Assembly (NCBI RefSeq): GCF_964204645.1
Contig: NC_134033.1
Location: forward strand, 3,554,131-3,618,130
Source of the DNA: Tubulanus polymorphus
Taxonomy: Eukaryota; Animalia; Nemertea
DNA length: 64,000 bases
Direction of reading: 5' to 3'
The position numbers and the translations under genes are program-made. Positions 22,890 to 34,700 of this stretch are shown one piece after another; position 1 is the stretch's first letter, and each line of letters starts with the position of its first letter. The notes below the pieces were generated by a model. The model was not told where the DNA came from. It did not search any database and worked only from the letters and a program-made list of their open reading frames with translations.

Positions 22890-24435
22890 TGTGTGTAAAT
22901 AGTATGTTGTAAATAACGTTTGTTATGTTTCAAAGTGTTTTTATCTACTGTTTTTGTAAATAATTGTAAATACTGTTTCTTTTCCTCCATATACCATGGA
23001 AATGGTTGGAGTGTAATAAATATTCGTATTCGTATTCGTATTCGTATTCGCCCGTTGTAGCTCATGTTCAATGACATTTGAACTGGATTTAAGACTGCGG
23101 GATCCATATATTATCACAGCACCAGATAAACAATACTTTCATTGTTCTACTCAGATATCGGTATAGTTTGCAGAAATAATTGATTCATTTAAGTTAAGAC
23201 GAAAGTTCATTCAGATTTAATTGAAATCGAACATGGACGACCAACTAGCTACAAGCAAACTTGGCGACTCCTCGCCTGGCGTAAGTGGAATCCTCGATTG
23301 CCACAGTAGCACTGCGGGTACCCCATTGCACTCCCCTTTTCAACAATATCTCCACACAAACCGTTAATATTATATTGTTATGAGACGCACCATACGACCT
23401 TGAGAAATCAGCACCAGCACCGTACGCGATGCACTTGCCACAGCTGGATCGCGACCGTCAAATAATGAACGGTCGTTCAATGTACGCATAATATAGGCAT
23501 GTATAAGACGGTACTACACTCCATTTAATCAAAGATCTGTACGCTTTCCGCCCTTTTGTGGGCACGTTTTGAATGACCCCCATATAATGTGTATTAACAG
23601 ATTTTTGCTGAAATAATAAACATCATTTTTGTCGTTGTACGATATTTCTTGTTGATGATATTTTCCACCCGTCCGTTACTTCTAGGATACTCGTTCAAAT
23701 TCCGTCCTCGTCTACGAAGACGTTCGAGTCCCCCAGCCCAAATCATGCGTGGAGTGGTTTACTTTGTTCTTATAGTTATTGTTTTTTTTCGGTATTTGTT
23801 TCAAATTACGCTCGTCTTTATTCCCATTTCAAGTTTTTAATCACTCACCCAGTTCCTCCTTTCGATTTCCTGTATAAATATCTTTGTTATATTTCTCAGA
23901 ACGCCCGATGATGGCTAATAGTCTTTAGGGACCGAAAGATGCTCATCCAAGAATTCTCTCTTTGGTTGGATTGTTGCACTACTAAGAATATACAATCAAC
24001 TCTCGTGTATATGTAATACGTAGGTGGTGGCGTGTGTGTTGATACTTTGAGGTGTATGTTCGGTTTTTAGGAAGAATTTTGGTGCGAGCTGCGTCGTCTC
24101 TCATGGTAGAAACCGTTGCGTTGAGGTTTATTTTATTCATTTTTTTTTCTAATTTTTAGGTTTATTCTATTTTGCCCTAACCAAACATTGGTTTATAGAG
24201 GTTACAAGAATTTATACAATAAAATTTACAATTTACAAAACTTAAATACAAGAAAACACAAATACGCATAGAATAGAATGATAGTAGAGATAACAGATAT
24301 GTATACATGAATTTTACTCACATGAATTTTACTTACATGAATCGATTTTGCAATTTGAAGAAACAGCGAAACAGCGAACCTCGAGTGACAGAAATATTGT
24401 CATACAGTCGACCTTCGTTCGTACGATGTCTTTTA

Positions 24436-24700
24436 TCCTCCCTCGGCATGCCATTCGAACCTGATGGCATCGCTACAATCAGCCACGGCACGAACGCCTG
24501 CCACAGTAGACCGGGTGCGCAGGTACATGAGCAGCTTTGCCGCACAAAAACTTGCGGCACCAATCAGATTGCTCGTTGTATAATTGCTGAGGTAAATTTC
24601 ACGGAAGAACTATAAATGGGAAAAACCCGGGCTAAAATGAAAGGGCATATCTGATTGGCTAATAATGACATCATCTAAGCTGCGCGTGTAGCTGCGTGTA
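24436..24700. repeat. Copy of the tRNA-like-armed repeat (right arm missing)
   Basis: Colinear with 59257-59515. Confidence 0.8.
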
Positions 24701-25571
24701 GGCGTCGTTGAATCCGGCGCTTTCTGCAAAACAATTCAACCAAACCATTTGAATTATTTTCGTTATTCACCAATTTCAATAATATCGATACAATATCTTT
24801 ACAGATCGGTCATTCCCAGAAATCAGGAGTTTTGAAGGAGAAAATTTCGAATTCGAGGAAGCGTCTGTATCACTTTCATATCTCAATTGCAGTAGAATCA
24901 GAATTGTTTATCTTGTTTGGTAAACCGTTAATTCGGTGATGTCTATAGTTTCATCCTTTACACTATTGAACTCGGTAACAGTCTATTTGGGTAAAAACAA
25001 ATCCTGGTCCCAACTGTACTGATTTTGGCGTAATTTACCGCTTTGCAACTGCAAACATTTCTTATTGTCTATTCCCCCAAATCTGGAAACGTAGGTGATT
25101 TTTGTGAAGTGTTCGGCTTTGCGAAAAAAAGACACGCAACAAGAGGATTTAGCAAGAATGCAAAATCTGCATGAAGAAAATGTCGTTTTTCATTGACGAT
25201 GCAACCCCTGCTAGAGACATTTACCAAACATACGGCCTTATCGAATCTCAACATCTCAACGATATATGAGCCAATATCCGAGTTGGAACTTGCTTAAGAT
25301 GAACAAGAAAATATGCATATATAGTTTTGAAAATAACAAGCTTCATATTGCATACAGTTCAGAAGCGTTTGCTGTATAATTTAGAATAGGCCTGCGATCA
25401 ACTCGTGCCTCTGGGTGACAAAATATAACATCACACAATCAGTCGTCTAACAAATTTCTATCTGCTACTGAAAATAGGCGGGTATACTGACTGACGTCGG
25501 CAAGTTTATGCGGGTATGAGATATTTCAGAGAGTAAATTTGCAATGGGCGCGAGGAGCTGCTAGACAACCG

Positions 25572-26663
25572 ATGGCTGACTCAAACACCACCGTTCTGTC
25601 GACTATTACCACAAAACGAGTCTATCTCGGAGTTTGCGATAAGGCCCGAGCTGAACTGCCCATCCGTTTAGAGTATAAAATCAGCGTTTATCTGTACATC
25701 TTTTTCTACGGACCGGCCACGATATCGGGCGTCGTTTTGAACGTCACGACGATTCTGGTCTTGAAAAAGATGAACAAAGATATCTACTATCTACTGAAAG
25801 TTCTCGCGATTTTCGACATATGTTACTCGTCGAGCGTGTTCGTCATGTATCCTCTACGCGCGATTCACCTCTACGTGCATCTAGGCGACACCGTTTTGCG
25901 TATAGACGACTGGTTTTTCGGCTCGGAATTCACGCAGGTCGCTTTAGGACCGTTTTACATGTTCCAACTGATCAGAAACTGGTGCGTTATTCTCATCAGT
26001 TTGGAACGACTCGTTATTACGCTTTTCCCGTTGAAATCGCGAGTGTTCTGGACGCGGAAAGTTATATTCTTGTTGACCGTGTTCAGTTTTTTGTGTTTCT
26101 TTCCGTCGTTTATTTTGGACCGCGCACTCGTGCCGCAGCGATGTATTCACTATTCCCCTACTCTCGGGCAAGGCAGATTTTTCCCTTTTTTCGATCGCAT
26201 TTTCGGTCACTGGAAAGGTAGCATGGAGGGCTGGCAGGGCACCGTAATCAACATCATCGCTCCGATGATCGCGCTGTTCGCCGTCAACGCCGTTTTGATC
26301 GTCGCTTTGATCGTGAACAAGTTTTCAGGAATCGGTAAAAGTCGTTCGGCGATAAAGAATCAAACTTCCAACACGTTAGAGTTGCGCGCGTTGAGAATGT
26401 CGTTCGCTCTCGTCGCAGTATTCGTCGGTTGTGAATCGTTGCTGTTCATCGGACGAATGCAGCGCGCGGGTTTCGCCATACCGGCCACACCTATAGCTGA
26501 TCTAAACCCGTACGAGACGCGGATGGTTCAGCGGAAAATCGCCATCGGTCTGACCGTGGTCGATTCGTGTATGAACTTTCTAGTCTATTGTATGTCTAAC
26601 AGTAAATTCAGACTCAGCGCCGTTCAGTTAACGACGCAGAAATGTAATTCCTGCCGCGCTTGA
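25572..26663 (+). CDS. Rhodopsin-family (class A) GPCR, FMRFamide/peptide-receptor-like; single coding exon
   Basis: Seven hydrophobic segments; GVVLN, LAIFD, ISLERL..TLFPLK, DSCMNFLVYC. ATG at 25572; acceptor-like tttcag at 25529 suggests a 5' UTR intron. Confidence 0.9.
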   Translation: MADSNTTVLSTITTKRVYLGVCDKARAELPIRLEYKISVYLYIFFYGPATISGVVLNVTTILVLKKMNKDIYYLLKVLAIFDICYSSSVFVMYPLRAIHLYVHLGDTVLRIDDWFFGSEFTQVALGPFYMFQLIRNWCVILISLERLVITLFPLKSRVFWTRKVIFLLTVFSFLCFFPSFILDRALVPQRCIHYSPTLGQGRFFPFFDRIFGHWKGSMEGWQGTVINIIAPMIALFAVNAVLIVALIVNKFSGIGKSRSAIKNQTSNTLELRALRMSFALVAVFVGCESLLFIGRMQRAGFAIPATPIADLNPYETRMVQRKIAIGLTVVDSCMNFLVYCMSNSKFRLSAVQLTTQKCNSCRA

Positions 26664-27649
26664 AAAACATACGCGGACACTCACCTTCCACAGGGGACGC
26701 ACGAACCGGGCGCCACGTTCGAGGTACATTGAAAGTTCGCAAAAACCGATACAGACAGCACTGATATTTTTTTTTTGTCAACACGAGAAAACTTATTTCA
26801 TAGAATTTTTTATAGACCTAGGCCAAACCGTGAGTCACGAAGTAGGAAAGTGTGGAGAAAGGAGAAGAGAAAATGGAGCAAGATTCGAAACCGGGCCGGC
26901 TTTTTCTTAGCGCGGCGTCTTCCCGCTAGACCACCGAGGCTTTTTGAATTCTACAGAATGTTTAACCTCATATAGCACTCTATCTAAAACTGGGATGAGA
27001 TGCAAGATTCTGAAATGTTTACATTTTTTTCACATTGTCATTTGCCACTTCTTTCGCATTTCTTCACACAAAAGAAACCCCAGGATTCTACATATTTTTT
27101 TTTTCATACAAAAAACAGAATTTGTCATTGTTTTTTTTTCACACAAGATTTTTTAAAAGGGAAAAAATAGGCCTATACCTGTTGCGATTTCTACATTTTC
27201 GACGAGGTTTAACGCAAGATTTGCTTAACTTAAACACGTTTAAGAGACCGTAACAAATTTGACCCGTAAGTAGAGTATATACAAATCAAGAGATAGTATA
27301 ACAAAACAGTTTATATAAAAACTACATAAACATTTTGTGACAAGAATTTTCGAAAACATTTCATGTTGTATATATTTCACAAACAAAAATATACCTTTTT
27401 CGAAATTTTCATGTTTTTTTTAAAACATTTTTCACATGCAACTTATCCCCGCCGCATTCTGACCCTATGGAACCCCTAGAAACCGTATTCTGTTGAATAC
27501 TTTGTTTTTGACGAAATCTAGGTAAATTCGCCACGGCAACATATTAGAACCTATCAAAATCTATATAAAAGAAACAGCCGCGACAACCCTCTCTCCCGGT
27601 TTTAGCTTAATTAGTGGGTTCGAATCACCTCCCGGGTGAAGGTGTAAAT

Positions 27650-27995
27650 GGGGTACCCACAGTGCTGCTGTGGCAATCGAGGATTCCACTCATGGCAGGC
27701 GAGGATCCGCCAGGTTCACTAGTTAGTTGGTCGTCCGCGTTCGAATTTCTTCTACATTTCAATGAAATCCGAATGAACTTTTCTCTTAAATTAATCAATT
27801 ATCTATGAAAAATAAATCGATATCTGATTAGAAGAATGAAATCATTTCATATTTGGCGAGTCCTGTGATAGTATATGGATTCGGGAGTCTAAAAATCCAG
27901 CTCAAAGTTCATTGAAAATGAACTAAAATTTTGAAAACGAGTAACCTACTGCTCGTCGCGCCATCTGACGGGATAGCTGGTTTTGCGGGTACCCC
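27650..27995. mobile_element. AT-flanked GGGGTACCC MITE (346 bp), uninterrupted copy
   Basis: AT|GGGGTACCCACA ... TGCGGGTACCCC|AT. Confidence 0.8.
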
Positions 27996-28699
27996 ATCAC
28001 TAACACAGACAACAGTATCAATCTACCTATACCGAATGTCTGAATGAATTCAACAATTGTTTCTACGAACAGACTTTGGTATATATCACTATTTTGCAAT
28101 TTGAAGAAACAGCGAAGAGCGCCCTTTGAGCGACAGAATCATTGTCAGACAGTCGACCTTCGTTCGTACGATGTCCTTGGGAAAATGAAACAAGACAATT
28201 AATTTCAATAAATTATTTGACGCCTGCGAAAGAAAATGTAGAATTTTTGGGATAAGCTAATGTGGAATTGCAAATTTGAAATCGAAGTTTTAAGAAATTC
28301 GGGGAATTGTGCATCTTCACCTGTCAAGGGATTCGAACCCACTACGCTATAGCTGTTCCCCGAATCCCTTGACCTCACGAGTCGTTGGAGTCGTTACTAG
28401 CCGACCAGAATCCGGTCGTACCAATCACAGCGCTTGTAACAAACCGTCAGTAGACCTCTGTTGGTTTTCCCGTTAAATTGACCAATCAGCGAACGTTTTA
28501 CCGAACAAGGAAATATTTCGCAAATCGATATATGACGTCACGCGCGACAGCGCCAGTAATGAAATCACGCTTCGCGATGCCAGGGGGCTGGTGGAAGCGA
28601 GTTCGGGAGTGATACCTGACCTGGCAAGCGAGGATGGGAATTGTGAGATTTGGCGATTGGGTGAGGTGACGCAGGTCATCGACTCAGTAGTGGTTTGAT

Positions 28700-29072
28700 A
28701 GTTTTATTGAAAATTGTCAATAATTAATTGCTTCCATGGTTAAGGAAAGAGCTCATCTGATGTCTGCTTCTTCATGACTCTTGGAGCATATCGTGTGGCA
28801 GGCCCTAGCCAGCCGGCGGGCCCGCGTCGGGCGGCTGTCACTCTATATCCTCTTGAGTCTGGGTTGAATCAGGGAGGTCACTCTCCCACCTCCCTGGTTG
28901 AATAGACGATGTCATTATTTTTGTGTCATTATTTTTATTACTTGTTTATGTTATTCTGTATGAATTACGTATGTGTTTTTTATGTTTTATTTTCTTATTT
29001 CAATATTTGTAACTTTATTGAATTTGTGAATTTTATATGTAATAAGGATCAATAAAGAATTGAATTGAATTG
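28700..29072 (+). mobile_element. 3' fragment of a non-LTR retroelement
   Basis: GC-rich stem-loop block, T-rich tract, AATAAA and (GAATT)n tail; 5' limit approximate. Confidence 0.5.
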
Positions 29073-29245
29073 TTACTTAATACACATGTCATCAGTGGAC
29101 GCGGAGCCGTATATGAGGGGTATGCAGGTATCGTGAGATTAGCAATGTATAATAGCATAGCTGTCATATACGGCTCCGCGTCCACTGATGACATGTGTAT
29201 TAAGTAACAATTCAATTCAATTCTTTATTGATCCTTATTACATAT
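29035..29245. repeat. Perfect 82-bp inverted repeat with 47-bp spacer
   Basis: 29035-29116 is the exact reverse complement of 29164-29245. Confidence 0.95.
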
Positions 29246-30124
29246 GAAAATATCGAACATATTTTCTAAAACATAAGAATATTGAAATTATATGTTTACA
29301 CATTTTTATATTGACCGCTTGTAGCCGCCGATGAAATTTACGCCGGCCCTACACAGATCGTAGATAGCTTCGTCATTCCACCAGCATCCCCCGTCAGGGT
29401 CCTACTTTTATATCAGACTTCCAAATCGTGTATACATCCGCCATTTAACCGAATAATCCGATTTACTTATCATTTCTATTCATGCCTGCCGCTTCTGATA
29501 TCATCATACGTCCATTAATATTACAATACGTCTTCTAATGATATTCAATGCAATATAACATTTCGACGTTCAAATAGAGCTCATTATATAATCACAGGAA
29601 GACATTCTACATCTTTGTCAATAATATTTTGCCAAATAGCGTGTATGTGTACACACAGACCTGTGACGTTTTGCACATCGATTTACGGTTGTCGTTCGTA
29701 AAATGACGCTGAATGGTTAACATTGTTTAGGTTTCAGAATGGTAACGTTTTATAAGGCGTCAAAAAATCACCGTACACACTAACCGAATTTCGTAATAAC
29801 CATTTGGTAAAAAATAGAATAAAAAATCATCGTATTAACCGAATTTCGTATAATTAACCATTTGATAAATACAAATCCATAACTACCTCAATATATTAAC
29901 ACACAACACGTGGAGAATATTATTGCACGAACCTTAAAATTGTTTTTTCCCGCAAAAAATCAATGAATTCGAGTCAAGAATGAGTCTCGCGACGGATCGA
30001 CATAAAAATCATTAACAAATTGCCCGATTAAGTTAGTTCGAAATAATAGCTTCGCCGATGCGAAATTGTCGAGAAAATTGGAATCCCGGACTTAAGATCG
30101 AATAATGACAAGGTATCGACGAGA

Positions 30125-31171
30125 ATGAGACGTGAAATATCGACAATAGCCGTTTCACCCAGTCATCAGCAGGTCTCTCTAAAAACATCGATCACGCGAA
30201 TGAATGCTACTGTTTACCCGCATCCTATCGGTTACACGAAGACGATCCTGCACCCGGTCATCGTCTCCAAATATCCGATCTACAGATGGTTCTATTACGC
30301 CTATCAGTTCACGGTTCTGTCTCTGGGTTCGGTCGGCAACGTGTTGATCGTTTTCGTAATGTCCACGCGTAAACTACGCCGTCTGTCGTACAGTCGTTTT
30401 TTCATCGCGCTCGCGATTTCCGATTTTATATTCCTGACGACTCACATGTGGACGTTAGTGAACACGTTGTGTTTCCATATCAACGGCTCGATTTGTATAC
30501 CCGTGAACTCCTGGTTCCTCTGCGCGGGTCAACAGTTCTACAACAACACCACCTCTTGCTACGGACCCAGTCTCCTGATTATGATCGGGGTCGAGCGTCT
30601 TTGTATCATCCGATTTCCGTTTTCGGGTCCAAGTTTTTGGACGCCGACTAAGACTTCGTTAACGGCGTTTCTAACGTTCGTCATCTGCGCCGGTATAAGT
30701 CTGTTTCTATTGACCGTTAACAGTTACGACGATATACACGGTTGTTACCTCAGCGATCCCACTCTAATGACGGTCACCTATCTATTCATCGTCACGATAC
30801 AAGGTTTCAACCCGACCTTAAGCCTTATTTTCATCACGGCTTGTATTTTCTATAGTATGAATCAGATGAAGAAAAAAGTCGAGAACAGTAAATCGAACTC
30901 GAGCGCCAATCAAGCCACGATAATGGTGGCTTCGGTCTGCGTGTTCTTTATCGTGACTTCAATCCCGCTATGCGTCATACTGGTCCTGATTTATCTAATA
31001 CCCGGTGTAAATCAGACTCTAGATTTCCCATATCAGTTAAGCGCGCTCATACAGTCACTGAATTACTCGATGAATTTTTATCTGTATATTTATTTCGGAC
31101 GCGAAATTCGGAGACAGTTTCTTGTTATGTGTGGCGGTGTTTGCGCTTCAGCTTGTTGCGCCGCGAAATAG
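30125..31171 (+). CDS. Rhodopsin-family (class A) GPCR, orphan peptide-receptor-like; single coding exon
   Basis: GSVGNVL, LAISD, IGVERL..IRFP, FFIVTSIP, NYSMNFYLY, C-terminal Cys cluster; the start could be the ATG at 30200. Confidence 0.92.
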   Translation: MRREISTIAVSPSHQQVSLKTSITRMNATVYPHPIGYTKTILHPVIVSKYPIYRWFYYAYQFTVLSLGSVGNVLIVFVMSTRKLRRLSYSRFFIALAISDFIFLTTHMWTLVNTLCFHINGSICIPVNSWFLCAGQQFYNNTTSCYGPSLLIMIGVERLCIIRFPFSGPSFWTPTKTSLTAFLTFVICAGISLFLLTVNSYDDIHGCYLSDPTLMTVTYLFIVTIQGFNPTLSLIFITACIFYSMNQMKKKVENSKSNSSANQATIMVASVCVFFIVTSIPLCVILVLIYLIPGVNQTLDFPYQLSALIQSLNYSMNFYLYIYFGREIRRQFLVMCGGVCASACCAAK

Positions 31172-31304
31172 AGATCTCCCGCAACGGAGCATAACAACTA
31201 TATTTACCATCAGGGGCGGATCCAGAGCCCTGGCTCGATGGTGTTCGAAAATTAAAGTATGGGCACTCGATATGATGGATTTCTGTATCCACGCCTCGGT
31301 GTGA

Positions 31305-31585
31305 ACCGCGGAGCGGTTACAGCGTTTGGCTGATCAGGGAAGCCAGGTCGTGGGTTCGAACCCCGTACATTACCGCAGTGTCCTCGGGCAAGACACTTAT
31401 CCTCATTGCCTCTCTCCACCCAGGAGAAAATGTGTACCCGGCCTGATAGATGACTCCGGTTATTTCTCCCCAGGAAGAGATGACTGATACATGTGAGGGT
31501 ATTAAAATGGTTGGGGTATTAATACGAAAAAAGTGTCAAGCGCTCTGAGCTAGATTTAGCGCTATATAAGACACATATTATTATT
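31305..31585 (+). mobile_element. tRNA-derived SINE with CORE/Nin-like central domain
   Basis: B box GGGTTCGAACCC; core GTGTCCTCGGGCAAGACACTT..CTCTCCACCCAGG; tail AGCGCTATATAAG..(ATT)n. Confidence 0.7.
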
Positions 31586-31740
31586 CTCATCATTAAATAG
31601 GATATCGCTGTTATTATGCCTCGCGAACAGCCTGTCATATCTGTAAACATAATTACAGGTTACGATATCTAACCGTATAAGATGGCAAAAGTCGTTCTAC
31701 TCGATCTCATTTACGAGTTGCCAATCGAGTTGTGTTTGAG

Positions 31741-34700
31741 ATGTCGCGCCAATCCTTCGTAAATCGATTTCTTCTACTGATCGTCTGCACCGGTAGGTCA
31801 AAAACTATTTCGTTAGTTTCTTGCGCGGAAAGTTTACGATTTAGAGATTCGCATATATCAGCCGTGTTCACACTGTGTTACTTAATTTTACTCCGTAAGA
31901 ATTTAGTCCGTGTAAATCTAGTCCGTAAGAATTTAGAACGGACCGAGGGTGCACAACTTGCGAATGGCTCGTTCTAAATTGGCCCATTCTTTTTCAAAAC
32001 TGACGTATTTAGACCAACCAAAAGCTATGGTGGCTGATTCGGACCATACTTATGCCTACTCTGTGTACGGCTAGAGCAACGATAAAAAAGTTTTCACATT
32101 GGCCCGTTTTTTTTTTTGGTTTGATCGCGCGAGAATTCAAAAAGTTTGGTTTTCTCGCTTTTTGAAGTTTTGATATCTCACGCGACAAATGAAAAAAACG
32201 TAAAATATCTTTATCGTTCATCTAGCCGTACAGAAACATTTTTACAATAGCCCGTATCAGCCAAAATAAATAACCGTATTTTAGATTACTGACAGACGAA
32301 ACAAAACACTGATCCAGTTCTAAGTTTTCGATCGGACAGAGTTAGCTGTTAAGTCAGATTCAACTATTCTTAACGAAAACATTTTTCACTTAGAAATCAA
32401 AATATTGTATCGCCTCGTGTTTGCACAAGTAGAACTGCTATTTAAACGATTATTTCTTACGATATGTTGGGGCCTTATAATTGGATTAAGGGTTGTTTTT
32501 TTAAACAAATGGGATAAACAGTGAGATAAAAACCCTCTATGTACAGATTGAAAGTGTTTTAAAATTCAGGAATTTATCTAAACAAATAATTAAAAGCAGA
32601 AATAAGTTTCGATCTGGCCCTCGCTAGAGATCATCGCCAGGTGTCTGAACGCCTGGCGATGATCTCTAGGGCGAGATCGAAACGTCGCGTTCTTTTGATT
32701 TCTTGATTAAATAAATTCCCGATTTTTAAAACACCGAAGGAATACAGGGAAAGATTGAGAAATAAAGGATTTTGTATTTGAGGCGTTTCATTATACAAAT
32801 GGGAGGAACGAATGATAAGAAAATGTTAAGAAAAATCTAAAAGGGGTAAATTATTGTCATGAATTGAACCAAACGAACGAAAATAATAACTTTTTTGCAA
32901 GTCGCTTGATCTGAAATTACGAACGAAATATCCAGAAAAATGTTTTTTTCTGAAAAATTATCTTTAAAACAGAGAAAACCTAGTTCTTTTTGAAGGCTCA
33001 AAGTTTAATCTTTGTTTGTTAGATCGTTTCTGAGATCGATATTTCGCTTGTAATCTTGTTGTAATCTTTTGAATGCAAATGAATAAACAATCGTTCTGAA
33101 AAACCACTTTACAACGAATTGAAGGATTGCGGGATTGGTAACAGGGGTTCCTGCGGATCTAGGGAAATCGGGGAATTCAGGATTTAAAATTCCCCGCCGG
33201 AAAATCAGGGAATCTTTGCAGTTTCTCACGGCGATCAGGGCGTTCTGAAGGGTCTTGATTTTAATTGAAACTATCAATTTCATGCATTATTATTTCATAA
33301 ATCAGTAACACGTGTATATCACAGTGCAATAGGCCACACCTCATGTGATAACTTTGAATTGTTATAATTTGTCGTTTTTCAATTGTGGAAGATGTATTTA
33401 CGTTCATCCTCAGTTAAGTGAAATATAATAACACCCTTGCAAATGCGCAAAATGAAATCAATTTCTCAATTCCAGCTACATAATCAAATTATTTCCATCC
33501 TCTGCGATAACCTTTAACTTTTAAAACTGTTCCTAAATCATTTACATTCAAAATAAGATAATTATTTATCAAGCTATATAATATAAGTCCACGAACCGTG
33601 TTATTTTCAAATATTTTTGTTTCACGTTGGGTTTTGGTATATTCTGATACCCGTTGGATAAAAATGATTGCATCATCCGCGTTCCTATTGCCTGTTTGGC
33701 ATGAAACTGATCCAATAGATTTCACAATAAATCTGTATTTGTGAAATATATTCTGTTGTATCCTCGTTTTTGTATATGCGTTTTATCCTAACATAAAAAC
33801 ATAACACCCTTGCAATTGCGAAAAATGAAATGAAATTCTCAATTCCAGCTAATCGAATTCCCATCCTCTGCGATAACCTTTAACTTTTACACCTGTTCCC
33901 AAATCACTTACATTTTCAACCTCCTGATCATCTTCATTGTCTTTTCTACTCGTCTCTTGTTTCATTCGGTTAAAAGCAATTTTCGAGGTTAATTCCGAGT
34001 TTATATGTCGGAATAAACTAGTTTAATTTCTCAATTAAATGTGTGATTTCGTTTATTCCGGGTTAAAAACTCGGAATTAACCTAAAAAAAATTAACTGAG
34101 AAAATATATTTTATTCCCAGTTACAAACTAGGAACTAACCTCGAAATGTTTTTGCTTGGCCCTCATAGACTCATCCTTCTCTCTTTTTATATTTGTGCTT
34201 GTTGAAAAATGGTTTGTTTCTTTTTTTCTCTCAATAAGCCTGTCGTGTGCTTTCCGTAAAATAAATCTGAACTTGAACTTTGATTTTAACATCTGACCTT
34301 CATGTTTCATATGTATGCCTATGTTATGTATCATTTTTCATCTGAAAAATTGTATCCACATGGCAGAAGATCGCCGTCTTGCAACGTTTCTCGTGCCCAA
34401 AAAAGGTCATCTTTGGTGTGGATTCTGAGGCTTGAAGCTTCTTGCGATTAATAGAAACATCCACACGGGAACCCTTACATTCACTAAAAAGCCTGATATT
34501 CGCGGCTCAAGTCCTTTATCACGGGTTTACGGAATCGTAATTTCTTTGAATTTTAAGTAAGATTTGGCAAATTCGTTTTGGCAAAGTTTTTTCCGAACGA
34601 AAAACGCTTGTGTGATCGCGGCTGAAGTGGCAAGGGGCAGGGAGAAAAAGAGGGTCCACTTAAGTGGTTTATGGAAAGAAAACTAAATGCTGCCTAATCA

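Larger units (their letters stand above)
17845..23050 (+). mobile_element. Apparently full-length non-LTR retrotransposon (LINE; RTE-X-like, clade tentative)
   Basis: About 350-bp 5' UTR, intact ORF1 and ORF2, AATAAA then (TATTCG)n tail at 23021-23050; limits set by the interrupted MITE. Confidence 0.9.
17793..23324. mobile_element. AT-flanked GGGGTACCC MITE split by the LINE (halves 17793-17840 and about 23055-23324)
   Basis: The two halves joined match the reverse complement of the uninterrupted copy at 27650-27995; AT flanks both ends. Confidence 0.8.

Noticed and set aside
23900-23945. CCGATGATGG..CCGAAAG hammerhead-like motif
   Set aside because: Core and stems too degenerate to call.
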